Part shown: in pieces, positions 9,481-19,288 of the stretch
Numbering within the stretch: position 1 is the stretch's first letter
Layout of the letters: each line of letters starts with the position of its first letter
Assembly (NCBI GenBank): GCA_964634005.1
Contig: CAZWKQ010000012.1
Location: forward strand, 13,306-77,305
From: an uncultured Bacteroides sp.
GTDB lineage: Bacteria; Bacteroidota; Bacteroidia; Bacteroidales; JACABE01
DNA length: 64,000 bases
Reading direction: 5' to 3'
Translations under genes and position numbers: made by a program
Notes under the pieces: generated by a model
Told to the model about the DNA's origin: nothing
The model's input: the letters and a program-made list of their open reading frames with translations, nothing else
Databases searched by the model: none

Positions 9481-11466
9481 TTCCGACTTATACCTTGGTA
9501 AAGTAATAGTAAATGTGGTTCCAGTCGGGCCTTTTTCTATATCTGTGTTAGATTTAATGTCAACTTTACCTTTATGCATTTTAATGATACCGTAAATTAT
9601 AGGTAATCCTAAGCCTGTGCCTTTTCCAATACCTTTAGTTGTGAAAAAAGGAGTAAAAATTTTCTCCATATTTTCGGGAGCAATACCTGTACCGGTATCG
9701 GAAATTGAAAATATAATATCATCATTTTTCTCGGCAATATTAATATTAATTTCTCCACCATTTTCGGGCATTGCTTCTATTGAGTTTTTAATCAGATTAG
9801 TAATTACTTGTACCATTTGGTCGTAGTCTATCATAGCCATTTTATTCTTAAGTTCCGAATTAAGATTTATGGTAACGTTTTCAGGACATACTACCGATTG
9901 AATGCTACGTTCAAACATATTTTCAATATTAATCTCAGAGTAATTAAGTTGATTTTTCCTTGCAAAATTCAAAAGGCCGGACACTATTTTTTTACATCTG
10001 TCAGTTTGTTCTACAATCAGCTCAAGGTCTTTTCTTATAGGATCATCTGGATTACATTCGTCTTTCAGAATATTGCTGTACATAGTAATAACTCCAAGAG
10101 GATTATTTAGTTCGTGAGCAATTCCGGCAGAAAGCTGTCCCATATGTGCTAATTTTTCCGATTGTTTTAAGGCTAACTGTGCAGAAGCAAGTTTTTCGTT
10201 CGATACAGCCAAATCTTTTATGTATTTATGCAATTTCTCAATTGCATAAGGGAGGCACATTTCTTCTTCGGCAAGTCCTTTTATAATGGCTATAGCATGC
10301 TCATTGCATGAATCATAACCGCAAGCACCACAGTTTAGATGATCTTTTTCACTAAATTTACCCAACGATTTCAAAACTTCTTTTACTTCTTCCCAACTTG
10401 GGTCAGGAATTCTCCTGTCGTTGGCTACAAATGTTTGTGTTAAATCTATATCGCTATATTTTTCTATTTCTTTGAGCCATTCATCATTATCAATATTTTT
10501 GAGTTTTTGCTTAACATAACTACTTACCATAGTACGTCGGGCAAATCTTTTACCATTGGGCGAAGTACCCGGCCCCATAATACATCCTTCGCAACATAAT
10601 AACTCGAGATTATTATAACGTATCAACCCATTTTCAAACTCTTTAATGGCTTCACGAAAATCGACCCTTCCATCGGCAACAATAACATTGCCCTCGTATA
10701 TGTTTTCAGTAACATCAGTAGTTTGCAATAATCCTCTAGAAATCGGGAATATTGCTCCTTTTCCGGCATGAGGCGGATCAAACTCTGACGGAGTTACGTT
10801 TTCGCGTTTTATTCCAGAAATTTTAAACATTTCTCTGAGTTCTCTGAAAGTAAGTACTTCATCTAATTCGTCCGATTCTGCCTTTTTTGCAATACAAGGA
10901 CCAATAAAAACGACTTTTATGTCATTACCATACTTTTTCTTAACAACCCTTGTCATAGCAACCATTGGAGATGCAATAGGAGCAAGATATGGAACAAGAT
11001 CGGGGCTATAATGCTCAACATAAAAAGTAATTGCAGGACAATCGGATGATATTATTCCTTCACTGCCTTTTCTTTTAAATAAATTTGAATATTTTCTTGC
11101 AACCAAATCAGCTCCGAATGAAACCTCTGACACATAATCGAAGCCTAATGCTTTAATCATTCCTACAAGCAGCTTATAATCTTTTATTTCCTCAAATTCG
11201 GCAGGAAAACTTGGAGCCAGTAAAGCTATTTTTTTTGAATCAGATTTTAAAATAGAATAAACTTCGTCAGTTGCTTTCAAAAATGTTTTAGCTTCCTGTA
11301 CACAAACCTTAACGCAATTTCCGCAACCAATACATCTTTTATCGATAACTTCGGCCTGACCATTAACAATTTTAATGGCTTTGACGGGACATTCTCTGAC
11401 ACAAGTATAACAAACCCGACATTTATCGACTATTGTAAAAACCAATTGGTGTTTATGAGCCGGCAT
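9478..11466 (-). CDS. Sensory [FeFe]-hydrogenase fused to histidine kinase (group C, kinase-linked)
   Basis: Two [4Fe-4S] ferredoxin motifs; H-cluster motifs SSDCPA, GPCIAKKAE and ELLCCEGCIMGP; extra FeS domain NCGACGYDSC...MC; HisKA AHELNNPL; HATPase FFTTKGIGKGTGLGL. Confidence 0.9.
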   Translation of the reverse strand: MPAHKHQLVFTIVDKCRVCYTCVRECPVKAIKIVNGQAEVIDKRCIGCGNCVKVCVQEAKTFLKATDEVYSILKSDSKKIALLAPSFPAEFEEIKDYKLLVGMIKALGFDYVSEVSFGADLVARKYSNLFKRKGSEGIISSDCPAITFYVEHYSPDLVPYLAPIASPMVAMTRVVKKKYGNDIKVVFIGPCIAKKAESDELDEVLTFRELREMFKISGIKRENVTPSEFDPPHAGKGAIFPISRGLLQTTDVTENIYEGNVIVADGRVDFREAIKEFENGLIRYNNLELLCCEGCIMGPGTSPNGKRFARRTMVSSYVKQKLKNIDNDEWLKEIEKYSDIDLTQTFVANDRRIPDPSWEEVKEVLKSLGKFSEKDHLNCGACGYDSCNEHAIAIIKGLAEEEMCLPYAIEKLHKYIKDLAVSNEKLASAQLALKQSEKLAHMGQLSAGIAHELNNPLGVITMYSNILKDECNPDDPIRKDLELIVEQTDRCKKIVSGLLNFARKNQLNYSEINIENMFERSIQSVVCPENVTINLNSELKNKMAMIDYDQMVQVITNLIKNSIEAMPENGGEININIAEKNDDIIFSISDTGTGIAPENMEKIFTPFFTTKGIGKGTGLGLPIIYGIIKMHKGKVDIKSNTDIEKGPTGTTFTITLPRYKSE

Positions 11467-11487
11467 ATTTATTTTCTTTTTTTGATA

Positions 11488-12249
11488 TTAATTAAAAGCT
11501 CCCTGCAGATAACTTTTTGTTTTTTCCATTTTCGGATTTTCAAAAATCTCATCGGCAGGTCCTTGTTCTACAACTTCACCCATATACATAAAAACAACAT
11601 GATCGGCAATCCTTCTTGCCTGACGGAGAATATGAGTAACTAAAACAATAGTATATTGCTGTTTCAATTCAACAAATTTCTTTTCAATAACTTCGCTCGA
11701 AATAGGATCTAAAGCTGAAGTCGGTTCGTCGGCAAGGATAATCTCGGGATCGACAGCCAAACCACGTGCAAGGCACAAACGCTGCTGCTGTCCTATTGAC
11801 AGTTTGGAAGCAGGTTCGTGAAGTCTGTCATGAACTTCATCCCAAAGACTTACAATTTTCAAATAGTTTTCAACTCTTGCACTTAAAGCTTTTTTGTTTC
11901 TTCTTCCGCTAATTTTCAATCCGTAAGCAACATTATTAAAAATATTCATCGGCAAGGGATATGGTCTTTGCGAAAGCAATCCCATCTTCTTTCTTATCTC
12001 AGTTACATCGGTTTTTGTATTTAAAATATCTTCATTGTCAATCAAAATATTTCCGCTTATTTTAGCATCGTGATACAAATCGGTCAATCGGTTAAGACAT
12101 TTTAAAAGCGTAGTTTTTCCGCAACCTGATGGACCTAATATAACTGTAAGCTTATTCTCAGGAATTTCTATATTAATATTTTTCAGAATATGTTGTTTCC
12201 CTATGAAAAAATTTAGGTTATCGATTTTTATTTTAGCGTTGCTTGTCAT
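11488..12249 (-). CDS. pstB: Phosphate ABC transporter ATP-binding protein
   Basis: Walker A GPSGCGKT, LSIGQQQRLC, ADEPTSALDP. Start reassigned to the ATG at 12249, just after the pstA stop. Confidence 0.93.
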   Translation of the reverse strand: MTSNAKIKIDNLNFFIGKQHILKNINIEIPENKLTVILGPSGCGKTTLLKCLNRLTDLYHDAKISGNILIDNEDILNTKTDVTEIRKKMGLLSQRPYPLPMNIFNNVAYGLKISGRRNKKALSARVENYLKIVSLWDEVHDRLHEPASKLSIGQQQRLCLARGLAVDPEIILADEPTSALDPISSEVIEKKFVELKQQYTIVLVTHILRQARRIADHVVFMYMGEVVEQGPADEIFENPKMEKTKSYLQGAFN

Positions 12250-12250
12250 G

Positions 12251-13099
12251 TTATTGTATTCTGTTTTTATAATATTTTTTTGATAATGCTCTTGAAAATA
12301 CACTAATAATCAGTATTATAATAGTTAAAATAGCTGCACTGGCATAAGCACGGTTTTGAACTTCAGGTACAGGCGAACTGAGTTGGAAAAAGATAGATAA
12401 AGGCAGAGTAGCAGCAGGTTCGAGCAAAGAAGTCGGAATATTATCGGTATATCCTGCAGTAAACAGCACTGATGCTGCATCTCCAATCGCACGTCCGAAT
12501 GAAAGTAATATTGCAGTTACTATTCCCGAAAACGACTGAATAAGAACTACTCTGAACGAAGTTTCTGTTTTTGTTGAACCTAACGAAAAAGCTGCTTCGA
12601 GTAAGCCAACAGGAGTTGTTTTCAGAACTTCGTCACAAGCCCTTATCATTATTGGTAAAACAAACAAAGTAACAGTGATAATACCAGCCAATAACGAAGT
12701 TTTTATTCCCAGAAAAACCATTAATCCAAAACCAAAAGCTCCATAAACTATTGAAGGAACACCCCATATTAAATCGAGTAAAAACCTGAAAAAGTTTAAA
12801 AAGCGTTTGTATTTTATTAGATAAACATTCATAAATAAGGCTACAGGAACGCCTATAACAGTAGCAAGAAAAGTCGCTCCGACTGAAAGATATAATGAAC
12901 CTATTATTGCATTGAGTACACCGCCTTGTTTACCGTAATAATAGCCACCTTGAGGCTTCTGAGTAAGCATTTCCCATGAAAGCGAACTTAATCCCTTTTT
13001 GAAAATACTATAAATGATTAAAAGCAATACAAATAGTATAATCAAATTGCTAAACAACATTAAACCCCTGAAAAAATACTCTTCAATCTTTTTTAACAT
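12251..13099 (-). CDS. pstA: Phosphate ABC transporter permease
   Basis: GVPSIVYG, EAAFSLGST, SFGRAIGD, ATLP. Confidence 0.92.
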   Translation of the reverse strand: MLKKIEEYFFRGLMLFSNLIILFVLLLIIYSIFKKGLSSLSWEMLTQKPQGGYYYGKQGGVLNAIIGSLYLSVGATFLATVIGVPVALFMNVYLIKYKRFLNFFRFLLDLIWGVPSIVYGAFGFGLMVFLGIKTSLLAGIITVTLFVLPIMIRACDEVLKTTPVGLLEAAFSLGSTKTETSFRVVLIQSFSGIVTAILLSFGRAIGDAASVLFTAGYTDNIPTSLLEPAATLPLSIFFQLSSPVPEVQNRAYASAAILTIIILIISVFSRALSKKYYKNRIQ

Positions 13100-13107
13100 C
13101 TCTAAAA

Positions 13108-14004
13108 TCAGTATTTATCGTATCTAATTATAATCATTCTCATTATAGCATTAAAAAACATAACAACTACAAACAAAATTAAAGCAGCAAACATAAGAGC
13201 AGCATCATAATGTGGAATAGATAACATTTCCCCATAGTTATTGGCAATCAAAGCAGGTAATGGATAACCACCGTCAAAAACATTTTTCGGAATTTGGACA
13301 ATATTTCCAACTACCATAAGTACTGCTATTGTCTCTCCAAATGCACGCGCGAAGCCGAAACCAATAGCAGCCATAATTCCGGGCAATGCCTTTTTAACGA
13401 GAACAAACTTAATCGTTTGCCATTTAGTTGCACCCAATGATAATGAAGCTTCTGTCAACTCTATCGGTATTGCTCTGAAAATTTCAATGAGAATATTCAG
13501 AATAAACGGTATAATCATTACCGCTAAAACCAAACCCCCTGCTAATATACTGTACCCCATGGTATTTGCTCCAAAAACAGGTGCTATAACGTTCGAGATA
13601 AATGGGACTATTACTATTACACCCCATACACCATAAACAACCGATGGAATACCGGCCAATATATCTATTACGGGATGAATTATCTTTAAATAAAACTTTT
13701 TTGAATACTGTGTTATTGAAAGAGCAGCGAAAATGCATATAGGAGCCGAAATTACCATTGCCAAAGCAGTAACCCATACCGAACCCATAATAAACGGGAA
13801 AAAGCCAAACTCTTGACTGCTCGGACGCCATACTTTTGAAAACAATAATTTCCCTAACGAATTATCTCTAAATAACATATCAGATTTATAATACAATCCG
13901 GCTCCAAGAATAAATGGCATCAACAACACCACTAATGATGCTATAACCATCCATGCAGTACTTATTCTGTTTTTAGTTTTTCTGTTATAAAATAATACTA
14001 TCAT
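13108..14004 (-). CDS. pstC: Phosphate ABC transporter permease
   Basis: LAGIPSVVYG, EASLSLGATKWQT, RAFGETIAV. Confidence 0.93.
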   Translation of the reverse strand: MIVLFYNRKTKNRISTAWMVIASLVVLLMPFILGAGLYYKSDMLFRDNSLGKLLFSKVWRPSSQEFGFFPFIMGSVWVTALAMVISAPICIFAALSITQYSKKFYLKIIHPVIDILAGIPSVVYGVWGVIVIVPFISNVIAPVFGANTMGYSILAGGLVLAVMIIPFILNILIEIFRAIPIELTEASLSLGATKWQTIKFVLVKKALPGIMAAIGFGFARAFGETIAVLMVVGNIVQIPKNVFDGGYPLPALIANNYGEMLSIPHYDAALMFAALILFVVVMFFNAIMRMIIIRYDKY

Positions 14005-14044
14005 TAATACTTATTAGCTGATAATTAGTAATTTATGTTAACAT

Positions 14045-15034
14045 TTATTTTAATTTTTCAATTTCACTTTTCACTCTTTCATCAGAAAGTTTAACATAAC
14101 CTGCCTCATTAACATATTTTTGTCCGTCAGTCAATACCCATAAAATAAAGTTTCTTACGAGCGATTTCTTTGGAGTTCCCTGAGAAACAAAATACAAAGC
14201 CCTTGAAGGCGGAGACGGATAAACTCCATCTCTGATGGCATTCATTATATCATCAAGAGTTTCATAAACCATTTCTTCTTTATCAATTTTGCCGTTTGAA
14301 TTTATATCAATCGGAACTACATCAATACCTTGATATTTCTTACGTGTATTAATGTCATAAACATAGGCAATATTGTTAAACCCTATACCATTTATATCTT
14401 TTCTTACAGCATCGGCTACACCCGGATCTCCATTTACTCCTATACCTTTAATATCTTCTTGTTTTTTATTTTTTAAAAACTTTGCCCACATTTCGGCAGC
14501 TCCGCAAGCATCAGATCTGGTATAAACATTTATTGGTGAGTTATTTGTAGTTTTATACAACCAACCCCATTTTCTGTAATTTCCTGTAATAAATATCTCA
14601 TAAAAATCATTTTGCTTTAATCCTTTTTCTTTCAAATCTTTCATTATTGGATTTTTTTCATTTACCGTAGCTAAAACAGCATCTTTTGCAACAGCAACAA
14701 ACCAAGCACCTTTTTGCTTTTCTTCATCGCTGATTTCTTTTGAAAACATCCCTAAATCGACCATTTCCGAAAGTGCATCTGTCATTCCTTTTCCGGCTCC
14801 ACCGGCAGATACATTGATTGTAACTTTAGGATGTAGTTTCTGATATTCCTCAGCCCACCTGACTGTCAATGGATAAAGAGCAAATGCTCCCGAAATACTT
14901 ATAGTACCCGATAAACTATCTTTGCCGTCAGTTGATTTATTTGAGCCATTATTGCACGAAAATAACGACATCGACAAAATCAATGTTACTAAAGTAAGCA
15001 CATTTAATGTTTGTTTGATACAATTGGTTTTCAT
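14045..15034 (-). CDS. pstS: Phosphate ABC transporter substrate-binding lipoprotein
   Basis: Lipobox LFSC; SGAFALYP, GGAGKG, YTRSDACG, YP...R.LY. Confidence 0.9.
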   Translation of the reverse strand: MKTNCIKQTLNVLTLVTLILSMSLFSCNNGSNKSTDGKDSLSGTISISGAFALYPLTVRWAEEYQKLHPKVTINVSAGGAGKGMTDALSEMVDLGMFSKEISDEEKQKGAWFVAVAKDAVLATVNEKNPIMKDLKEKGLKQNDFYEIFITGNYRKWGWLYKTTNNSPINVYTRSDACGAAEMWAKFLKNKKQEDIKGIGVNGDPGVADAVRKDINGIGFNNIAYVYDINTRKKYQGIDVVPIDINSNGKIDKEEMVYETLDDIMNAIRDGVYPSPPSRALYFVSQGTPKKSLVRNFILWVLTDGQKYVNEAGYVKLSDERVKSEIEKLK

Positions 15035-15085
15035 TTTATTTATCTTTTTATTTTTTATAATTATTTAACTTATTATTTTTCAATA

Positions 15086-16804
15086 TTATAAAACCTCTCT
15101 TCTTCTAAAATCAGTATATAACATATTTTTGTTGTTTTCTGAAATGTTGAAAAAATTTTGATAAATTTCGTTTACCAAAGGATTTTTATGAGCAAACTTT
15201 ATCGATTCTTTATCATCAACATCATAAATAGCTTTGATTCGCGATTTTACAGCTTCTTTGTTTGAAGGAATAGGTTGTCCGCCACCATTAATGCAACCAT
15301 TTTGACATGACATTACTTCTACAAAATGTATATCATTCCTGCCATTTTTAATCTCATTTATAATTTTTTCGGCATTAATAATATCGCTGACAACAGCAAC
15401 ACCTATATTATAATTTTGAGTTTTAAGAACAAACTCTTTCCTGTTTTTATTTATGGTTCTTAATTCAGTAATTTTATAATTAACCATATCAGAATTATTG
15501 ATAATATAGTAGAGCGTTCGTAAAACAGCTTCGGTGACTCCACCCGATGCAGCGTACAATTTCCCCGAAGAGCTTCGTGTTCCTAAAGCAGCATCTGATA
15601 ATTCCGATTCGATATTCATTAAATCAATTCCGTAAAGCCTTATTAATCGTGCCAACTCTCTTGTAGTAAGGACTGCATCAACATCGGTTATACCTTTATG
15701 GGTCATTTCTTCACGCTGAGCTTCAAATTTTTTAGCAATGCAAGGCATAATGGAAACATTATATATATTTTCGGGCATAAATGATTTGCTTTCGGAATAA
15801 TAGTTTTTAACAAGCATACCCATTATTTGCTGCGGTGATTTTACTTTTGACAAATTTCCGATCATTTCAGGGTGAGTTTGCTCAACATATTTAACCCAAG
15901 CAGGACAGCAACTTGTGAATAAAGGTAAGTTTTCGCCCTTATTTATTCGGTTTAACAATTCATTTGCAACTTCAATTGCGTTAATATCGGCACCTAAGCT
16001 TGCATCGAATACTTTGTGAAATCCAATTTTTCGTAATGCAGCATTGAGCATTCCGTTTATATCTTTACCTGCTTTGATTCCGAATTCTTCGGCAAGTGAT
16101 ACTGTAATAGAGGGGGAATAACTTATTACAACATGTTTATTGGGATTATTTAATGAATCTATTGTTTCAGGTAAATGATCTCTTTCGTAAAGAGCACCAG
16201 TAGGGCAAACCATAATACACTGACCGCAATTTATGCAACTCGATAGATTGATTCCTTTTTCACAAGCAGTAGTAATTTCGCAATATTTGCCTTTCTTAAT
16301 GAAATCAATAGCAGTAACTCCGACAATTTCCTCACATACCCTGACACACCTTCCGCACAAAATGCACTTTTTGGGGTCACGTATCATGCATGAGCCTGAC
16401 CTGTCGGCTTTTTGATTACCTTTTCTTCCGCTTATTCTTCTTTCAAGAACATTTAATTCAATGGCTAACTTTTGTAATTCGCAATTGCCGTTACGTTCAC
16501 AATAAAGACAATCGTCAGGATGATTTGATAACAAAAGTTCAACAATAGTTTTTCGGGCTTTAATTACTTTGGGAGAATGTGTTTTTATCCTCATCCATTC
16601 TTCTACCTGTTGAGAACAACTTGGTACAAGATTCTCATATCCTTCAACTTCTACTGCACAAATTCTACAGGCACCGGATGGAGTAAGGTCTTCCATAAAA
16701 CATAGTGTAGGAACTTTTATTCCATTCCTGTTTAAAGCCATTAAAATAGTTTCACCTTTTTTGGCTTTAATTATTTTATTATTTACTTCTATATCAAATA
16801 CCAT
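15086..16804 (-). CDS. hydA: Group A [FeFe]-hydrogenase H-cluster subunit (HydA/HndD-like), divergent
   Basis: [2Fe-2S], His-ligated [4Fe-4S] (HPDDCLYC...C) and two [4Fe-4S] F-clusters; H-cluster motifs TSCCPAW, MPCIAKKFE and EVMSCQNGCINGGGQP. Confidence 0.92.
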   Translation of the reverse strand: MVFDIEVNNKIIKAKKGETILMALNRNGIKVPTLCFMEDLTPSGACRICAVEVEGYENLVPSCSQQVEEWMRIKTHSPKVIKARKTIVELLLSNHPDDCLYCERNGNCELQKLAIELNVLERRISGRKGNQKADRSGSCMIRDPKKCILCGRCVRVCEEIVGVTAIDFIKKGKYCEITTACEKGINLSSCINCGQCIMVCPTGALYERDHLPETIDSLNNPNKHVVISYSPSITVSLAEEFGIKAGKDINGMLNAALRKIGFHKVFDASLGADINAIEVANELLNRINKGENLPLFTSCCPAWVKYVEQTHPEMIGNLSKVKSPQQIMGMLVKNYYSESKSFMPENIYNVSIMPCIAKKFEAQREEMTHKGITDVDAVLTTRELARLIRLYGIDLMNIESELSDAALGTRSSSGKLYAASGGVTEAVLRTLYYIINNSDMVNYKITELRTINKNRKEFVLKTQNYNIGVAVVSDIINAEKIINEIKNGRNDIHFVEVMSCQNGCINGGGQPIPSNKEAVKSRIKAIYDVDDKESIKFAHKNPLVNEIYQNFFNISENNKNMLYTDFRRREVL

Positions 16805-16829
16805 TTCTTAAACTTTGAAAATATATTGA

Positions 16830-18773
16830 TTATTTAATATAAATTGCACTGAATTTACATGTTTCGAAACATATACCACAACCTATACATTTGCTTTCGA
16901 CAATAAAGTGAGGATATTTAACAGTTCCAATAATAGCATTAACCGGACATTTTCGCATACAAGCATTGCAGCCGGTACATTTTTCTACATCTATATAAAA
17001 AGTTCTTAATTCTTTACAAACACCTGCCCTGCATTTTCTATCGAAGATATGTTCTTCATATTCATCTCTAAACCACTTAAGTGAACTTAAAAAAGTATTA
17101 GCTGCATTTTTTCCTAAACCGCAAAGTGATGTATCTTTAATAACATCGGCAATATTTTCGAGTTGCATTACGCCTTTAAATCTGTCTAAGGTTTGATGTG
17201 AAGTTTCATCTTTAGGAATTTTAGTAATCTTTTCGATTATCTCATACATTCGTTGAGTTCCTTCACGACAGGGAATACACTTTCCACAACTTTCGTGTTG
17301 TATGAAATTTAAGTAAAACTTAGTCAAATCAACCATACAGGTATCTTCATCCAAAACAACAATACCTCCCGAACCCATGAAAGTTCCGGCATTCTTCAAT
17401 TCATCATAATCTATCGTTAAATTAAGATTTTGTTCAGTAATAAAACTACCTGCCGGACCTCCTAACTGTATTGCTTTAAATTTCTTATTATTTTTTAGTC
17501 CCCCTCCTATATTTTCAACAATTTCTGCCAATGTCTTACCCATTTCAACTTCTATCAATCCGTGATTTGCAATTTTTCCGGAAAGAGAAAGAATTTTGGT
17601 TCCTTTGCTGTTTTGTGTACCAATATTTGTAAACCATACAGGACCATTATTAATAATATTCGGAACATTTAGCAAAGTTTCCACATTATTTACAACTGTA
17701 GGCTTACCAAACAGTCCTTTTTCAGCGGGATATGGAGGCCTTGTTCTTGGCATTCCTCTTCTGCCTTCAATACTGCTCAACATAGCTGTTTCTTCCCCAC
17801 AAACAAATGCCCCCGGAGCTTTTTTTATAATTAAATCAAGATTAAATCCGCTATCGAGAATATTTTCACCTATTAATCCCAAATTTCTCGCTTGATTAAC
17901 AGCATTTTTAAGTCTTTCATAGGCTAAAATATTGTCGGAGCGAATATAAACATAAGCTTTGCTTGCACCAATTGCATAAGAGGCAATTGCTATACCCTCG
18001 ATTAATTTATGAGGATTACTTTCAATTAATATTTTCTCCATAAAAGAACCGGGGTCACTTTCATTCGAATTACATATCAAATATCTCTGGTCGGAAGCGG
18101 TTTCGTGTGCCAATTTCCATTTTTGACCCGTCGGGAAACCTGAACCTCCCCTACCCCTTAAGCCACTTTTACTTACAATACGACATACTTCATCAGATGT
18201 ATAATGATAAATCGATTTTACATAAGCTCTGTAACCGCCATTGGCTATAAATTCTTCTATTGATTCTGGATTAATAATACCGTTCAATTCAAGTAAAATT
18301 CTTTTTTGACCGGAGAAAAAAGGTAAATTTTCAATATTATTAATATTGTCCCACTTCTGAAGTTTTTTTTGATTATATTGTCCTATAACATTATCTGAAA
18401 CAATGTTGTTATTAAAAACACCGTCTAATATATTCGTAACCGATTCCGCATCGACATTTTTGAATGATATTCTGCATAATCCCGGCATCTGAACATCCAT
18501 AACAGGCTCTAAATGGCAAGCACCTATACACCCTACACTCACAACTTCGGCATCTATTTTCTTCTCTTTAAGATAAACATTTACGGCCTCTTTCGTTTTT
18601 AAAGCTCCGGCAGCTATACCGCAAGACGAGGTGCCTATATAAATTACAGGTTTTCTTACCGTTTCACGTTTAAGTTGTTTTATCATCTCATCCGCTTCTT
18701 TGCCGGCAGATGTTGTATCGTTTTGTAACACATTTTTAGTTAAAAACTTAATAATATTCTCCATAAAAATCAT
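16830..18773 (-). CDS. hydB: NuoF-like flavin/NADH subunit (HydB/HndC)
   Basis: Thioredoxin-like [2Fe-2S] N-terminus, GLRGRGGSGFPTG, GAFVCGEETA, CGKCIPCREG, LCGLG, two C-terminal [4Fe-4S] motifs. Confidence 0.92.
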   Translation of the reverse strand: MIFMENIIKFLTKNVLQNDTTSAGKEADEMIKQLKRETVRKPVIYIGTSSCGIAAGALKTKEAVNVYLKEKKIDAEVVSVGCIGACHLEPVMDVQMPGLCRISFKNVDAESVTNILDGVFNNNIVSDNVIGQYNQKKLQKWDNINNIENLPFFSGQKRILLELNGIINPESIEEFIANGGYRAYVKSIYHYTSDEVCRIVSKSGLRGRGGSGFPTGQKWKLAHETASDQRYLICNSNESDPGSFMEKILIESNPHKLIEGIAIASYAIGASKAYVYIRSDNILAYERLKNAVNQARNLGLIGENILDSGFNLDLIIKKAPGAFVCGEETAMLSSIEGRRGMPRTRPPYPAEKGLFGKPTVVNNVETLLNVPNIINNGPVWFTNIGTQNSKGTKILSLSGKIANHGLIEVEMGKTLAEIVENIGGGLKNNKKFKAIQLGGPAGSFITEQNLNLTIDYDELKNAGTFMGSGGIVVLDEDTCMVDLTKFYLNFIQHESCGKCIPCREGTQRMYEIIEKITKIPKDETSHQTLDRFKGVMQLENIADVIKDTSLCGLGKNAANTFLSSLKWFRDEYEEHIFDRKCRAGVCKELRTFYIDVEKCTGCNACMRKCPVNAIIGTVKYPHFIVESKCIGCGICFETCKFSAIYIK

Positions 18774-18779
18774 TATAGT

Positions 18780-19238
18780 TTATTGATTCTTTAAACTATC
18801 TATCAGCTCACGAATATCTCCAATTTTAACATTAGTATATGTATGGCCGTTTACTTCAATCACAGGCGATAAGCCACACGAACCCAAGCAACTGACCTGT
18901 TCGATACTAAACTGACCATCTCTGGTTGTTTGTCCGGCACTTATTTTTAGCTCCTTTTCCAACTCTTTTAAAATTACCGACGATTCGTTTAAATGACATA
19001 CCGTTCCATTACATATTTTAATGTGAAATTTACCGTTAGGTTTAAATTTTAAATTATTATAAAACGAAGCAATTCCATATACTTTCGATGATGCCAGATT
19101 AAAATACCTGCTGATTACCGAAATAGACTCTTCGGATAAATAACCCTCTTGCTCTTGAATTTCTGTCATTAAATCGATTAATCCACTTCTATCATCAGGT
19201 TTATACTTTCTTAATATCTCTTCAAAATTTATTCCCAT
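18780..19238 (-). CDS. hydC: NuoE-like [2Fe-2S] subunit (HydC/HndA)
   Basis: KVYGIASFY, ICNGTVCH, SCLGSCGLSP. Confidence 0.92.
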   Translation of the reverse strand: MGINFEEILRKYKPDDRSGLIDLMTEIQEQEGYLSEESISVISRYFNLASSKVYGIASFYNNLKFKPNGKFHIKICNGTVCHLNESSVILKELEKELKISAGQTTRDGQFSIEQVSCLGSCGLSPVIEVNGHTYTNVKIGDIRELIDSLKNQ

Positions 19239-19266
19239 AATTCGCGGAATTATTTTAATTTGTTTA

Positions 19267-19274
19267 CAAAAATA
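19267..19274 (-). promoter_or_regulatory. -7 promoter element (TATTTTTG) of the hydCBA operon
   Basis: TAnnTTTG match 28 nt upstream of the hydC ATG. Confidence 0.55.
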
Positions 19275-19288
19275 ACAGAACTTTTCGA

